Source: Betaproteobacteria bacterium (GTDB lineage: Bacteria; Pseudomonadota; Gammaproteobacteria; Burkholderiales; SG8-39). From it: a stretch of 64,000 bases of DNA. The notes beneath the pieces are model-generated. The model was not told the origin of the DNA and did not search any database. It saw only the letters and a list, made by a program, of their open reading frames with translations. Shown one piece after another: positions 26,530 to 37,373 of this stretch. Numbering within the stretch: position 1 is the stretch's first letter; each line of letters opens with the position of its first letter. The stretch lies in NCBI GenBank assembly GCA_031391405.1, contig JANMUI010000779.1, forward strand, positions 2,127 through 66,126, read 5' to 3'. The translations under genes were made by a program, and so were the position numbers.

Positions 26530-27692
26530 TCCGATCGCGTATTGAGTGCTTTACCCACGGCTTCGAGCAGTTTTGCGAAGGCATCTTCGAATTGGAGGAC
26601 ACCGTCTTTCAAAAGCGTCGCGGTGACCGCATCCAGCGAAATGCCGAGTGCGCCGAGCTCCGCCATCGCTTGCTTCGCTTCCGCCAGTTTCTCTGAAAGG
26701 CTCGCACGCACCAGACCGTGGTCGCGAAACGCCTTGAAGGTCGCGGGCGGCAAGGTGTTGACCGTGTTTGCCCCGATCAGCTCTTCTACATAGATGACAT
26801 CGCGATACGCGGGATTCTTCGTTCCGGTGCTCGCCCAGAGTAATCGCTGCGGACGGGCGCTTGCGCGCGCCAGCGCCTGCCACCGCGAGCCGGCAACGAG
26901 ATTCTGATAGTGCTCGTAGGCAAGCTTCGCATTGGCGATCGCGATCCGGCCGAGGAGCGCGGACGCACGTGCGGCGGCCGCATCACCCGATTTGACCAAC
27001 GCGTCCAGTTTCGCGTCGATCGCGGCATCGATGCGGCTCACAAAAAAACTTGCGACGCTCGCTATGCCGCTGACAGGTTGCCCCTTTTTCGCGCGCTCTT
27101 CGAGGCCGCCTAGATAGGCTTCGGCCGCTTTCTCGTACGCCGATCGCGCGAAGAGGAGGGTGACATTGACATTGAGGCCTTCGGCAATCAACGCGCGGAT
27201 CGCGGGAATGCCTTCAGGCGTCCCTGGCACCTTGATCATGAGGTTCGCCTTACCGACCTGCCGCCAGAGGCGCAGCGCCTCATCGATCGTGCCCGCGGTG
27301 TCGGATGCGAGATTGGGCGAGACCTCGAGACTGACATAGCCATCCAATCCATTCGTGCGCGCGTACACCGGGTGAAGCGCGTCCGCCGCTTCGCGAATAT
27401 CCCGGATCGCGAGCTGCTCATAGGCGGTTTTGGTATCGCGCCGGTCACCCGAGAAGTTGCGGAGGAATCCCTGATACGCCGGATCGGTTGCGACCGCGCG
27501 CTCGAAGATGGCGGGATTGGACGTCAAGCCTGCGAGGCCGTCCTTCGCGATCATCTTCGCGAGATCTCCGGATTCGATCAGGTCGCGCCGGATGTAATCG
27601 AGCCAGATCGATTGACCGGCTGCTCCAAGCATAACGAGAGGATTGTCGGCATTGCGCTGCGTCGTCGCGACGCCGTTTTGCGTGGTGCTCAT
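26526..27692 (-). CDS. tal: Transaldolase
   Basis: ATG at 27692. Blocks GQSIWLDYIRRDL, GLTSNPAIFE, YVSLEVSP and MIKVPGT. Confidence 0.9.
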   Translation of the reverse strand: MSTTQNGVATTQRNADNPLVMLGAAGQSIWLDYIRRDLIESGDLAKMIAKDGLAGLTSNPAIFERAVATDPAYQGFLRNFSGDRRDTKTAYEQLAIRDIREAADALHPVYARTNGLDGYVSLEVSPNLASDTAGTIDEALRLWRQVGKANLMIKVPGTPEGIPAIRALIAEGLNVNVTLLFARSAYEKAAEAYLGGLEERAKKGQPVSGIASVASFFVSRIDAAIDAKLDALVKSGDAAAARASALLGRIAIANAKLAYEHYQNLVAGSRWQALARASARPQRLLWASTGTKNPAYRDVIYVEELIGANTVNTLPPATFKAFRDHGLVRASLSEKLAEAKQAMAELGALGISLDAVTATLLKDGVLQFEDAFAKLLEAVGKALNTRSD

Positions 27693-27824
27693 TGTTCGAG
27701 CCTCCAGGGCGAGGGGAAAGGAATCCGCGCATAGTACGCCCGCGCTCATGACACGACGATGCGCGTTCCGACCGGGTCGTAACCAAGTTGTCACTAGATT
27801 GCCATTGCGCGGCATAATTTAGGC

Positions 27825-28352
27825 ATGACCAGCGAATCCAGGCATTTCGACGCCGTTCTGCCGGCGCCATTCGGTGCGGTCGGCATTCGAACGTCGGCCG
27901 GAACGGTAAGCGAGATTACATATCTGCCGAAGTCGGCTCGTACTGTCGCGCCCAAGAACGGCTTGTCGGAGCGCGTTGCACGGCAAATCGAGCGTTATCT
28001 GGTCGATCCAAAGTATCGATTCGATCTCCCACTTATGATCGGGGGAACGCCATTCCAACGGCGGGTATGGGATGCGCTCAAGGCGATTCCGGTCGGCGAG
28101 CTGATGACCTACGGAAGCGTTGCCCGCCAATTGCGTTCGAGTCCGCGCGCGGTGGGGCAAGCGTGCGGCGCGAACCGATTGCCGATCGTCATCCCATGCC
28201 ATCGCGTCGTGGGTGCGAGCGATGTGGGTGGATTCGCACATCATAGTGATGGATATCTGATTACGACCAAGAAATGGCTACTCGCGCACGAAGCGCCGGC
28301 GTGCAAGGGCGATCTCGTCAGTCCGAGGCGGGCACCGACCGCGCCGGCTTGA
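27825..28352 (+). CDS. ogt: Methylated-DNA--protein-cysteine methyltransferase
   Basis: Active-site IPCHRVV is present, with YGSVARQL upstream of it. Confidence 0.9.
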   Translation: MTSESRHFDAVLPAPFGAVGIRTSAGTVSEITYLPKSARTVAPKNGLSERVARQIERYLVDPKYRFDLPLMIGGTPFQRRVWDALKAIPVGELMTYGSVARQLRSSPRAVGQACGANRLPIVIPCHRVVGASDVGGFAHHSDGYLITTKKWLLAHEAPACKGDLVSPRRAPTAPA

Positions 28353-29251
28353 CGCCGGCAGACGCCCATCTGGTCGACGCGTTCAGCGACACGCTCTGGC
28401 TGGAAGATGGCCTGTCACGAAATACCCTTGAAGCCTATCGGCGTGATCTCGAGATGACGGGGGTCTGGCTGGCATCGCGGCGCTCCTCGATCACCAATGC
28501 AACAGAGGCCGATCTGTTGGGCTATCTCGCCTATCGCTACGCGCAGGCGGCGCGACCGCAGGCAAGCACGCATGCGCGCCTGATATCGAGTCTGAAGCGT
28601 TTCTATGCGTACGCAATACGCGAACGAAAGATCGCGGTGGATCCGACGATCAAACTCGATCCGCCGAAGCGCACGCCCCGGTTTCCGAAAACATTGTCGG
28701 AAGCGGATGTCGAGGCGCTGCTCGCCGCACCGGACTTGGCATCGTCGCTCGGCGTCCGCGACCGGGCCATGCTCGAGCTCCTCTATGCCACCGGGTTGCG
28801 CGTCTCGGAGTTGGTGACGATCAAATCCGTGCAGGTCGCCCTCGATATGGGCGTGGTACGGATCATCGGCAAGGGATCAAAGGAACGCCTCGTGCCGATG
28901 GGTGAAATCGCCTCGGACTGGGTCGATCGTTATGCGAAGACGGCGCGCGCGGCGCAACTGCGCGGCGCCGCATCCGAGTATCTGTTCGTAACGGCGCGGC
29001 GGGCGCCGATGACCCGTCAGGCCTTCTGGCATCTCATCAAGCGATACGGTGCCGCGGCGATTCCCGAAAAGCGTCTTTCACCGCACACGTTGCGCCACGC
29101 GTTCGCGACCCATCTCATCAACCATGGGGCCGATTTGCGGGTGGTGCAGATGCTCCTCGGTCATGCGGATATTTCCACGACGCAGATCTACACGCATGTC
29201 GCGCGCGAACGGCTCAAGCAGTTGCACGCAAAGCACCATCCGCGGGGATAG
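28274..29251 (+). CDS. xerD: Site-specific tyrosine recombinase XerD
   Basis: N-terminal block is FSDTLWLEDGLSRNTLEAYRRDLE. Catalytic region contains ATGLRVSELV, HTLRHAFATHL, LLGHADISTTQIYTHV. An in-frame TTG at 28349 forms TTGA with the ogt stop and is an alternative start. Confidence 0.9.
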   Translation: MATRARSAGVQGRSRQSEAGTDRAGLTPADAHLVDAFSDTLWLEDGLSRNTLEAYRRDLEMTGVWLASRRSSITNATEADLLGYLAYRYAQAARPQASTHARLISSLKRFYAYAIRERKIAVDPTIKLDPPKRTPRFPKTLSEADVEALLAAPDLASSLGVRDRAMLELLYATGLRVSELVTIKSVQVALDMGVVRIIGKGSKERLVPMGEIASDWVDRYAKTARAAQLRGAASEYLFVTARRAPMTRQAFWHLIKRYGAAAIPEKRLSPHTLRHAFATHLINHGADLRVVQMLLGHADISTTQIYTHVARERLKQLHAKHHPRG

Positions 29252-29275
29252 CGACACACGCACGCATCGCGACAT

Positions 29276-29689
29276 TCAACGCTTGAACAGCACCGCGTCG
29301 AGCGAAATGCTGCCGGGACCGGCTAGCAGAATCGCGAGCGGAATCACAAGGTAGAGAACGCCCGAGTCCCAGGTGTGGACGCCGGGTCGTGCAAAGGGCT
29401 CTTTCTTGCGGAAGATAAGCTCTTGCGTCGCGACCACATAGAAAATCACGAGGCCCAGCGCGGCCGGAAAGGTCGCGAAGCCGAGCACGAGGCAAACACC
29501 CCCGGCGATTTGCACCACCATCGCGATCCATGCAAGCCACTGTGGCAGACCATGGTCGCCGGCGAAAAGATGCACCTTGCCGACCTTATTGATCCCGTGC
29601 ACGAATGAACCGATTCCCACTGCGAGGCGTAGCACGAGCAATCCAGCATCGACATGCGCGGCGTTCCACGCGAGCAACTGTCCCATCAT
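29276..29689 (-). CDS. DoxX-family membrane protein
   Basis: ATG at 29689 (MMGQLLAW). Four hydrophobic helices are present. The longer ORF to 30079 is an Arg/Ser-rich artefact. Confidence 0.75.
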   Translation of the reverse strand: MMGQLLAWNAAHVDAGLLVLRLAVGIGSFVHGINKVGKVHLFAGDHGLPQWLAWIAMVVQIAGGVCLVLGFATFPAALGLVIFYVVATQELIFRKKEPFARPGVHTWDSGVLYLVIPLAILLAGPGSISLDAVLFKR

Positions 29690-29855
29690 GACTCCCCGCT
29701 TCGGTCGGCCCTTGCGTATTCTGGATTGGTCGCGCCGGGCTCGGGCCGAATGTAGCATGGCGGGCGATCGCCTCTGACGCGCGCGCGCCAATCTCGCGAT
29801 CCAATAGAATCGGCGCGACTCGGCACTTGAACTGCAACTCGGACTGATTCGAAAC

Positions 29856-31076
29856 ATGCTCAACGATGCATTGCAAGGGACGCGCGTCCTCGACTTCGCG
29901 CAGGTCGGCGCGGGCCCCTGCGCTGCCATGCTGCTTGGCGATATGGGTGCCGAGGTCATCAAGATCGAACCGTTTGATGGCGATATCGGCCGCAAGCTCG
30001 GGCCGCCGTTCCAGAATGGCGAGAGTACGACTTCGATGGCGCTCAATCGGAACAAACGATCGATTGCGGTCGATCTCAAACATCCGGAAGGCGTCGCGTT
30101 GATCCACCGGATGGCTGCGACGGCCGATGTGGTTGTGGAAAGCTTCCGGCCCGGTGTGATGGACAGACTAGGCGTCGGATACGAAGCGCTTGCACGAATT
30201 CAGAAGAGAATCGTCTACTGCTCGGTCTCAGCGTATGGACAGAGCGGTCCATGGCGCGACAAGCCGGGTGTCGATGGCGTTCTGCAGGCAGTATCGGGAC
30301 TCATGAGCATCATCGGGCAGGACGGCCAGGCGCCGTGCAAGGTGCAGATCCCGGCGGTCGATATGACCACCGGGTTTCTCGGGGCGCTGGCGATCGTGAG
30401 CGCCTTGCACACGCGCAATCGCGAAGGGAAGGGCGGGCAGCTCGATGTGAACATGTACAACTGCGCGCTGATGTTCCAATCGACCGGCATTGCGAGCTAT
30501 TTGTCGAGCGGCGAATTTCCCGCCAAGACAGGCAGTGCCGCGCCGTATTCGGCGCCGAATGAAGCCATTCCGACCAAGGATGGATGGATCATGATCGCCG
30601 CTTATCATGCGGATCGGTGGAAGGCGCTCTGCCTGTTGATGGGGCAGCCAGAGCTAATCGACCATCCGGAATTCGCCGACAGTCCGCGGCGCGTTGCCAA
30701 CCGGGCGAAGATGGTGGCGCATCTTGCGAAAACCTTTTGCACCAAGACCACCGCCGAATGGCAAGGGCTGCTCGAAGCATGCGACATCATTGCCGCGCCG
30801 ATTGCCGATTATGATGCGGTGACGACCTCACCGCAGGTCGCGCACAATAATGCGATCGTCACGATGAAGCATCCGGTTGCCGGCGAGGTGCGGATGCCCG
30901 GTTTTCTGCTCGGGGATCGCGATTCAGCGGTGCGCGTTCATACGCCGCCGCCGGTGATCGGCGAGCACACGCGGGAGATTCTTGCATCATTCGGTTACGC
31001 GGGCGGGCAGATCGATGCGCTCCTCGCCTCAGGCGCCGTCAAACAATGGAATGGCGCGTACGCGCCTGTTAAATAA
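29856..31076 (+). CDS. Family III (CaiB/BaiF-type) CoA-transferase
   Basis: N-terminus is LQGTRVLDFAQVGAGPCAAMLLGDMGAEVIKIEP, followed by NRNKRSIAVDLK. Confidence 0.9.
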   Translation: MLNDALQGTRVLDFAQVGAGPCAAMLLGDMGAEVIKIEPFDGDIGRKLGPPFQNGESTTSMALNRNKRSIAVDLKHPEGVALIHRMAATADVVVESFRPGVMDRLGVGYEALARIQKRIVYCSVSAYGQSGPWRDKPGVDGVLQAVSGLMSIIGQDGQAPCKVQIPAVDMTTGFLGALAIVSALHTRNREGKGGQLDVNMYNCALMFQSTGIASYLSSGEFPAKTGSAAPYSAPNEAIPTKDGWIMIAAYHADRWKALCLLMGQPELIDHPEFADSPRRVANRAKMVAHLAKTFCTKTTAEWQGLLEACDIIAAPIADYDAVTTSPQVAHNNAIVTMKHPVAGEVRMPGFLLGDRDSAVRVHTPPPVIGEHTREILASFGYAGGQIDALLASGAVKQWNGAYAPVK

Positions 31077-31086
31077 AGGACCGATC

Positions 31087-32073
31087 ATGCCCAAGTTCAA
31101 CGCAGTGCGGCTGTTCAACGAAAACGGACGACGCCAAAGTCGCGAGGTCATGCTCGACATCGACGATCTCGATCCGGGCGACGTGGTCATCAAGACGCGC
31201 TTTGCCGCTGTGAACTTCAAGGACGCGCGTGCGGTCAGCGGCGAGGGCAATGTCATCAAGCGTTTTCCGTGTATCCCCGGCATCGAAATGTCGGGTGTCG
31301 TCGCATCGTCCGCGGATTCGCGCTTGCGCGAGGGCGATCGGGTGACGGTCCAGGGCGGTGCCGAATTCGGTATTCGCCACGACGGTGCCTACGCGGAGTA
31401 CGTGCGGGTCCCCGCTGCATGGGTGCATCCGGTCACGGCGGAATTCGATGCGTTCACGACGATGGCGCTCGGTATCGGCGCGTACACGTCATCCTTTGCG
31501 ATCGAACGCATGCTGGCGCTCGGGGTCACACCAAAACACGGGCCTGTTGCGGTGACCGGCGCGACAGGCGGATGCGGAAGCTTCGCGGTCGATATTCTCG
31601 CGGGGCTTGGATTCGAGGTGGTTGCAATCACCGGCAAGGCAAGCGAAGCGGACTATCTGCGATCAATCGGTGCCGCACGGGTCATTGGCCGGGACGAAGT
31701 GGCGGGCGGCCCGAAACCGCTGGAGGAGCAGCGCTGGGCCGGCTGTATCGACACGGTGGGCGGGGCGCCGCTGGATGCGATCCTGCGCTCGCTGAAAAAA
31801 GGCGGCGTAGTGTGCGCATTCGGAAACGCGGCGGGCGAAACGTTCACCACGTCGATCTATCCATTTATCTTGCGCAGTGCCATGTTGGTGGGCATCAACG
31901 CGAACCATCCGGTGAATGAGCGCGGGACCGCGTGGTCGCGTCTGGCTACCGACATGAAGCCGCGGCACTTGGACAGGATCATTCAGACAATTCCGTTCGC
32001 GCAATTGAAGCCGTATTGCGATCAGTTGATCGGCGGGGGCGCGCGCGGCCGAACGGTGGTGCAATTCGATTAG
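31087..32073 (+). CDS. YhdH/AcuI-family NADPH:quinone / acrylyl-CoA reductase
   Basis: ATG at 31087. Blocks VVIKTRFAAVNFKDARA, IPGIEMSGVV and VTGATGGCGSFAV. Confidence 0.85.
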   Translation: MPKFNAVRLFNENGRRQSREVMLDIDDLDPGDVVIKTRFAAVNFKDARAVSGEGNVIKRFPCIPGIEMSGVVASSADSRLREGDRVTVQGGAEFGIRHDGAYAEYVRVPAAWVHPVTAEFDAFTTMALGIGAYTSSFAIERMLALGVTPKHGPVAVTGATGGCGSFAVDILAGLGFEVVAITGKASEADYLRSIGAARVIGRDEVAGGPKPLEEQRWAGCIDTVGGAPLDAILRSLKKGGVVCAFGNAAGETFTTSIYPFILRSAMLVGINANHPVNERGTAWSRLATDMKPRHLDRIIQTIPFAQLKPYCDQLIGGGARGRTVVQFD

Positions 32074-32130
32074 TACCGGCGTCTCGCGCAGCGCCGGTTA
32101 CAGATGGAAGCCCGACTGGTGGCGATCAAT

Positions 32131-33915
32131 TCAACGTGCGCCTGCCGAGGCGAACATGCGCGATCGTTGCGTGTCCGCGCTCTCCGCAACGACGTCGGCG
32201 CTGCGATCGACTTCCGCGATGGCGGCTAGATGGCGGGCCGCGAGATACGCGAATGTCATCGCCGGCCCTAACGTGGTGCCCGGCCCCGGATAGGCGCCCT
32301 TCATGACCGAAGACATGTCCGCGCCGCAAGCGTAGAGACCGGGGATGGGCGCACCTTCGTCGTTCAGGACCCGCGCATGCTCATCGGCCCGCAGACCGAC
32401 ACTGGTCGATAGATCGGACGGATACACCGTCACCGAGTAATAGGGTCCTTTGCCGATTGCACGCACACAGGGATTCGGTTGAACTGCCGGATCGCCATTG
32501 TGTCGATTGAGCTCGGTTGAGCCCTTGCCGAATTCCGGATCCTCGCCATGGATTGCATGTAGGTTGTAGCGCGACACGGTGGTTGCAAGCGAGGCAGCGT
32601 CGACACCGATCGCGCGCGCAAGCTCTTCGAGCGTCTTGCCGTGCTTGAGATAACCCATTGCGACATAGCCGCCGAGATTTCGCGTCTTCGGATAGATGAG
32701 CCCAAGGCCGTAGTCCCGAATGAACCGGGCGTCGCACACGAGATGTGCCGGGATGGTCTTGGTGCGCCGATGGTTCGCATACATTGCGAGCACGAAATCA
32801 TGATATGAGTCGGCTTCGTTGGTGAAGCGCCTGCCGCTCGCATCAACTGCGATCAGGCCGGGTTTGGCACGATCGAGAATGATATGCGGGTAGCGTGCGG
32901 TCGTGCCGTCGGATCGCTTCATCACCGATACCGGCACCCAGAATGTCGGGGTAACGTGATTGGTATCGATCGCGGCCCCCTCGCTCACGGCGACCCGTAT
33001 TGCCTCAGCAGTGTTGCCGTCGAATCCCGCCGTTGCATCTGCAAGCGGTTGCGGAAAATACTTGGCGCGCAACTCCGCAGATCCGCCGAAGCCGCCGGTG
33101 GCGAGCACCACACCTTTGCGAGCGCGGATGTGGCGTCTGCCGTCGAGGTGTTTCACGGTCGCGCCGATGACGCGGCCCCGATCCATCACCAGCGCATCGA
33201 GCGACGTCTCATAGAGAATGGGAACGTTGCGTTGCCTGAGGCAGTAGAACAGTCGCGCAACCAGCGCGTTGCCCATGACAAGGCGCGTACCGCGCCGGAA
33301 TTTCATGCGATCGGAGAGGTAACGGCGTAACAGACCACAAGCATGTTTGAATGCGCCGATCGAAGCGAACGGATGCAGGAGCGGCGCGATGTCGTCCTTG
33401 CCGACCATCATTCCGCCAAGCGGCATGAATTCGCGGATCGGGGCGCGCACCCGATCGAAATCGCTGCCGAGCAGCGTCCCATCAAAGACGGGCGGAGTAA
33501 GCGCGCGACCGGCGATCACCGCGCCCGGCACGTCAAATCGGTAGTCGGGATGACGCGCGACCAGGATGAATCGTAGCGCCTCGGTGTGTTGGGCGAAGAA
33601 CTCGAGCATCTTTGGGCCGGCGTCGAGAAAGGCTCTCAGCGGCGCGGATTTGACCGCTTCGGGAATCAGTCCCGCAAGATAGCGATCGACGTTTTCCCGC
33701 GAGTCGGAAGGTTGGCCGGTCAACGCGCTTGGCGTGAGCGGAATCCAGATCGTGCCGGCAGAGGTGGAGGTGGTGCCGCCGACTTGATCGGTCTTCTCAC
33801 AGAGCAACACCGACATGCCAAGAATGGAGCAGGCGAGGGCGGTCGACATGCCGCCGCATCCGCCACCGAACACGACCACATCGACTTCTTCGTCCCAATG
33901 CCGTTTGAGGGTCAC
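32131..33915 (-). CDS. FAD-dependent oxidoreductase (KstD / fumarate-reductase flavoprotein-like)
   Basis: Dinucleotide fold is VDVVVFGGGCGGMSTA...EKTDQVGGTTSTSAG. I place the start at GTG 33915. The ORF opens at GTG 33996, but that would overlap the divergent ybaK start. Confidence 0.8.
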   Translation of the reverse strand: MTLKRHWDEEVDVVVFGGGCGGMSTALACSILGMSVLLCEKTDQVGGTTSTSAGTIWIPLTPSALTGQPSDSRENVDRYLAGLIPEAVKSAPLRAFLDAGPKMLEFFAQHTEALRFILVARHPDYRFDVPGAVIAGRALTPPVFDGTLLGSDFDRVRAPIREFMPLGGMMVGKDDIAPLLHPFASIGAFKHACGLLRRYLSDRMKFRRGTRLVMGNALVARLFYCLRQRNVPILYETSLDALVMDRGRVIGATVKHLDGRRHIRARKGVVLATGGFGGSAELRAKYFPQPLADATAGFDGNTAEAIRVAVSEGAAIDTNHVTPTFWVPVSVMKRSDGTTARYPHIILDRAKPGLIAVDASGRRFTNEADSYHDFVLAMYANHRRTKTIPAHLVCDARFIRDYGLGLIYPKTRNLGGYVAMGYLKHGKTLEELARAIGVDAASLATTVSRYNLHAIHGEDPEFGKGSTELNRHNGDPAVQPNPCVRAIGKGPYYSVTVYPSDLSTSVGLRADEHARVLNDEGAPIPGLYACGADMSSVMKGAYPGPGTTLGPAMTFAYLAARHLAAIAEVDRSADVVAESADTQRSRMFASAGAR

Positions 33916-33983
33916 GATGATTGGCCTTTCATGATTCCGGCATGATACGCGGGTCGTCAATGATCTCGAATCGGCGCATCCGT

Positions 33984-34475
33984 ATGGGCCGTCCACCGCG
34001 TGTCTCCGAAACCCCTGCGACCCAGTTCCTGCGCAAGCTGGGAATCTCTTTCACCGAGCACGTGTTCGAGTACGTCGAGCACGGCGGCACCCGCGTCGGC
34101 GCCGAGGCACTTGGCGTCGATGAGCATCTGTTGGTGAAGACACTGATCATGGAAGACGAAAGAAAGCAGCCGCTCGTTGTGCTGATGCATGGCGATCGAA
34201 CCGTGTCGACGAAAAACCTCGCGCGACAGGCCGGCCGCAAGGCGATCGAGCCGTGCAGACCCGATGTCGCAGAGCGGCATACGGGTTACCAGATCGGCGG
34301 AACGTCGCCGTTTGGGACGCGTAAGCGCCTTCCTGTGTTCGTGGAACGATCGATCCTCGATTGCGGGAAGATCTACATCAATGGCGGGCGGCGCGGCTAC
34401 CTGCTGGGTATCGATCCAAGAGTGCTCGAACGCGTCCTCGCATCGACACCGGTTGATGTGGCGCTGGCCGACTAA
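33984..34475 (+). CDS. ybaK: Cys-tRNA(Pro)/Cys-tRNA(Cys) deacylase YbaK
   Basis: ATG at 33984. Blocks TPATQFLRKLGISFTEHVFEY, KTLIME and GYQIGGTSPFG. Confidence 0.8.
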   Translation: MGRPPRVSETPATQFLRKLGISFTEHVFEYVEHGGTRVGAEALGVDEHLLVKTLIMEDERKQPLVVLMHGDRTVSTKNLARQAGRKAIEPCRPDVAERHTGYQIGGTSPFGTRKRLPVFVERSILDCGKIYINGGRRGYLLGIDPRVLERVLASTPVDVALAD

Positions 34476-34483
34476 GCCGACCG

Positions 34484-34924
34484 CTACGGTGAAGTGTCGG
34501 AATCGGCGAATGGATTCGATCCGCTCGGCCATTCGTTCGACTGCCACTGTCGAGCGGGCGTCGCGGGCGCCGTCACCGCCGATCGCTCGATCGATATCCC
34601 GACCCGCGAGGCGTTGCGGAGGATGCCGAGTTTCGCGATCGTGATCCGGACATGCGGGGATGCGAAGTCCTTGAGGAGGAGGTTCGCAATCGCTTCTGCC
34701 ATTTCCTCGACGAGTCCGAAGCGCGTTTGCGCGAGCACGTCAGCAATTCGGTCCGCGACTACCGCATAATCGATCGTGTCGCTCACCCTTCCCGAAGTGA
34801 AGACCCGATTGGTCGGCAACGCCATTTCGAGATCGATCTCAACCGGCTGTGTCGTCGTACGTTCACGTCGGTAGATCCCGATTTGCGCATCGACGCGCAA
34901 ACCGCGGATGAAGACAATGTCCAT
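34484..34924 (-). CDS. folB: Dihydroneopterin aldolase
   Basis: ATG at 34924. N-terminus is [22 protein letters not shown], with DTIDYAVV further on. There is a ~30-aa C-terminal tail beyond the usual domain. Confidence 0.85.
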   Translation of the reverse strand: MDIVFIRGLRVDAQIGIYRRERTTTQPVEIDLEMALPTNRVFTSGRVSDTIDYAVVADRIADVLAQTRFGLVEEMAEAIANLLLKDFASPHVRITIAKLGILRNASRVGISIERSAVTAPATPARQWQSNEWPSGSNPFADSDTSP

Positions 34925-35048
34925 GATTGACGTAGGGGCGACAAATGTGTGGAGGAATTCCGCAGTTGACACAACGGAGCGCAGTGCTAATTCCGACGAA
35001 TGGTCGATTAGAGCCGACGAGACGTACAATCAAGGCCCCCCTTGGAGG

Positions 35049-35711
35049 ATGTTGATGGGTAACGCCGTCCTTGTCATTGTCGCTTATTTGGTCGGGTCGC
35101 TTTCGTTCGCGGTGATCGTCAGCAAAGCGTTCCGGCTACCCGATCCGCACTCGTATGGATCCGGAAACCCGGGCGCAACCAACGTCTTACGGACTGGAAA
35201 TCGAGCCGCGGCACTCCTGACGCTGTTTGGCGATGCCCTCAAAGGATTCGTCGCGGTGATCGGGACGGCCTTGCTTGCCCCACATTTCAATCTCCCCGAG
35301 GAAACCATCGCGCTCTCTGCCCTTGCCGTTTTCCTAGGCCACCTGTTCCCTATATTTTTCCGGTTCAAGGGGGGGAAAGGTGTGGCGACGGCCGCAGGGA
35401 TTCTTTTTGCCATTCATCAGTGGCTCGGCCTGCTGACCTTGGCCACCTGGCTGGTGATTGCAGTGTTCTTCCGCTATTCATCACTTGCAGCGCTGATCGC
35501 CGCGATCTTTGCACCGTTCTTCACGTTTTTCCTGATCAAGTCGAGCGCAATGCTGGTCGCGGTGAGCGCCATATCACTGCTGCTTATCTGGCGCCATCGG
35601 GCGAACATCCGAAAGCTGTTGGCAGGCGAGGAAATCCGGATCGGCGAGAAAAAGTCCGAGGACGGCGAATCGAATCGGGGTGAGCCGAGCGCAGGCGGAA
35701 AGTCGGCCTGA
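35049..35711 (+). CDS. plsY: Glycerol-3-phosphate acyltransferase PlsY
   Basis: ATG at 35049 or 35055. Blocks [28 protein letters not shown] and [10 protein letters not shown]. Confidence 0.9.
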   Translation: MLMGNAVLVIVAYLVGSLSFAVIVSKAFRLPDPHSYGSGNPGATNVLRTGNRAAALLTLFGDALKGFVAVIGTALLAPHFNLPEETIALSALAVFLGHLFPIFFRFKGGKGVATAAGILFAIHQWLGLLTLATWLVIAVFFRYSSLAALIAAIFAPFFTFFLIKSSAMLVAVSAISLLLIWRHRANIRKLLAGEEIRIGEKKSEDGESNRGEPSAGGKSA

Positions 35712-35764
35712 AAGAGTGGGCTCGCGCATCACGCCGGAGTTCTGGCGGGACGCAGGTCGCTCCT

Positions 35765-36820
35765 TTACGCGGTAACGGATCCGAGATCCCAGCGCGGTCG
35801 AACCTCGAAGACCGCGGAATTCGCAGCGGTCCAACCCAATGCAAGTCGCCGCGCTCCGGCGTAGGCAATCATCGCGCCGTTGTCGGTGCAAAGTTCAATC
35901 TCGGGGTAATGTGCCTGGAAGCGATGATGGGCGCCTGCGCGATCCAGCGCTTCTCGAAGTTGTCGATTCGCGCCGACGCCGCCGGCAACCACCAGATCCC
36001 GGATACCGGTCTGCAAGAGCGCCGCGCGCGACTTTGCGACGAGGATATCCACGACCGCCTGCTGAAATTCTGCGGCCATATCGGCCTTTTGGTCGGATCC
36101 GAGGCTTTGGCCTTTGATGCGGGTGAGCACGGCTGTTTTGAGTCCTGCAAAGCTGAAGTCGAGGTCGCCGCTTTTCAGCATTGGTCGTGGCAGCTGATAC
36201 CGTCCCGGGGTTCCATTGCGAGCGAGGGCCGAGAGCGCGGGCCCCCCCGGATAACCGAGTCCGAGCATTTGAGCAGTCTTGTCGAAGGCCTCGCCGGCGG
36301 CGTCGTCCAGCGTTTCTCCCAGCAACTCATAGGTGCCAACTTCCGTTACGCGCATCAACTGCGTGTGCCCGCCCGAGACCAGCAGCGCGACGAACGGGAA
36401 GGTTGGCGGCCGCGAAGAGAGTAGCGGGGACAGCAAATGTCCCTCGAGATGGTGGATCGGGATAGCGGGAATGCCAAGCCCCATGGCGAGCGAGGCCGCG
36501 ACGCTTGCGCCAACGAGCAAGGCGCCGGCAAGGCCCGGTCCGGCGGTGTACGCGACGGCGGACAGGCTTTGTAAGTCAGTGTTTGCTTCCGACAGAACGT
36601 GGCGCACTAGCGGAACGATCCGCCGAATGTGGTCACGCGACGCCATTTCCGGTACCACTCCGCCATAGACAGCGTGCATCTCGACTTGCGAGTGGATCGC
36701 CTGCGCCATGATCCCGCGGTGCGTGTCGAAGATTGCAATGCCCGTCTCGTCGCACGAGGTCTCGATGCCAAGGACAGTGAGCGGCGGCGAAGCCTCGTTT
36801 CGAGAAGGCGAATGGAGCAT
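35765..36820 (-). CDS. tsaD: tRNA N6-adenosine threonylcarbamoyltransferase TsaD
   Basis: ATG at 36820. Blocks [24 protein letters not shown] and VSGGHTQL. Confidence 0.93.
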   Translation of the reverse strand: MLHSPSRNEASPPLTVLGIETSCDETGIAIFDTHRGIMAQAIHSQVEMHAVYGGVVPEMASRDHIRRIVPLVRHVLSEANTDLQSLSAVAYTAGPGLAGALLVGASVAASLAMGLGIPAIPIHHLEGHLLSPLLSSRPPTFPFVALLVSGGHTQLMRVTEVGTYELLGETLDDAAGEAFDKTAQMLGLGYPGGPALSALARNGTPGRYQLPRPMLKSGDLDFSFAGLKTAVLTRIKGQSLGSDQKADMAAEFQQAVVDILVAKSRAALLQTGIRDLVVAGGVGANRQLREALDRAGAHHRFQAHYPEIELCTDNGAMIAYAGARRLALGWTAANSAVFEVRPRWDLGSVTA

Positions 36821-36940
36821 GGTGATCTCGAGGATGGCGGCGGGCAAGGCGTGGATCGTATTATTGAAAGGCAACGGTTGCCCAGTATCCAGCATACTAG
36901 TTATACTCACCGGCTTTCCTCATCACTCCCTCGAGGCTCC

Positions 36941-37153
36941 ATGCCGACTGTACGCGTCAAGGAAAACGAGCCGTTCGAAGCGGCCCTGCGTCGATTCAAA
37001 CGCACCGTAGAGAAGACCGGCTTGCTCACTGAATTGCGCGCGCGCGAGTACTATGAAAAGCCCACGACCGAACGCAAGCGCAAGCTCGCTGCCGCGGTCA
37101 AGCGCCACTACAAACGCATTCGCAGCCAGCAACTGCCGCCGCGGATGTATTAG
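36941..37153 (+). CDS. rpsU: 30S ribosomal protein S21
   Basis: ATG at 36941. The product is [48 protein letters not shown], 70 aa in total. Confidence 0.97.
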   Translation: MPTVRVKENEPFEAALRRFKRTVEKTGLLTELRAREYYEKPTTERKRKLAAAVKRHYKRIRSQQLPPRMY

Positions 37154-37373
37154 TAGCAGGGGTGTAAAGCGATCCCGCCGCCCTGGCCCGGCGGGTGTGC
37201 ACAGCAGGACCAAGCAGTCCAAAACGCAGTGGTCGATGATGTCGTCCGCTGCGCTTTTTCGTTTACGCCTTTCCGGACCGACTTGATTCGTTCGTGCCAT
37301 AACGGCGGCGAGGCCGCGGACAAGCCGCAGACGAAGATCCGACTGTCAAACTGCCTCAATGGAGATTGCTGCG

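Noticed and set aside
28274-29251. Tyrosine recombinase as a possible marker of an integrated mobile element.
   Set aside because: The N-terminal and catalytic motifs match housekeeping XerD. The gene is translationally linked to ogt and flanked by core metabolism genes. I found no att-like repeats, tRNA or phage genes.
36629-36940. Long 5' extension of the rpsU ORF.
   Set aside because: S21 is a ~70-aa protein. The extension is antisense to tsaD and lacks any S21 sequence, and the ATG at 36941 gives the canonical [13 protein letters not shown] start.
37154-37373. Hairpin cccgccg…cggcggg after rpsU as a terminator.
   Set aside because: No T-tract follows the stem. At most it is a weak attenuator, and there is not enough evidence to call a feature.
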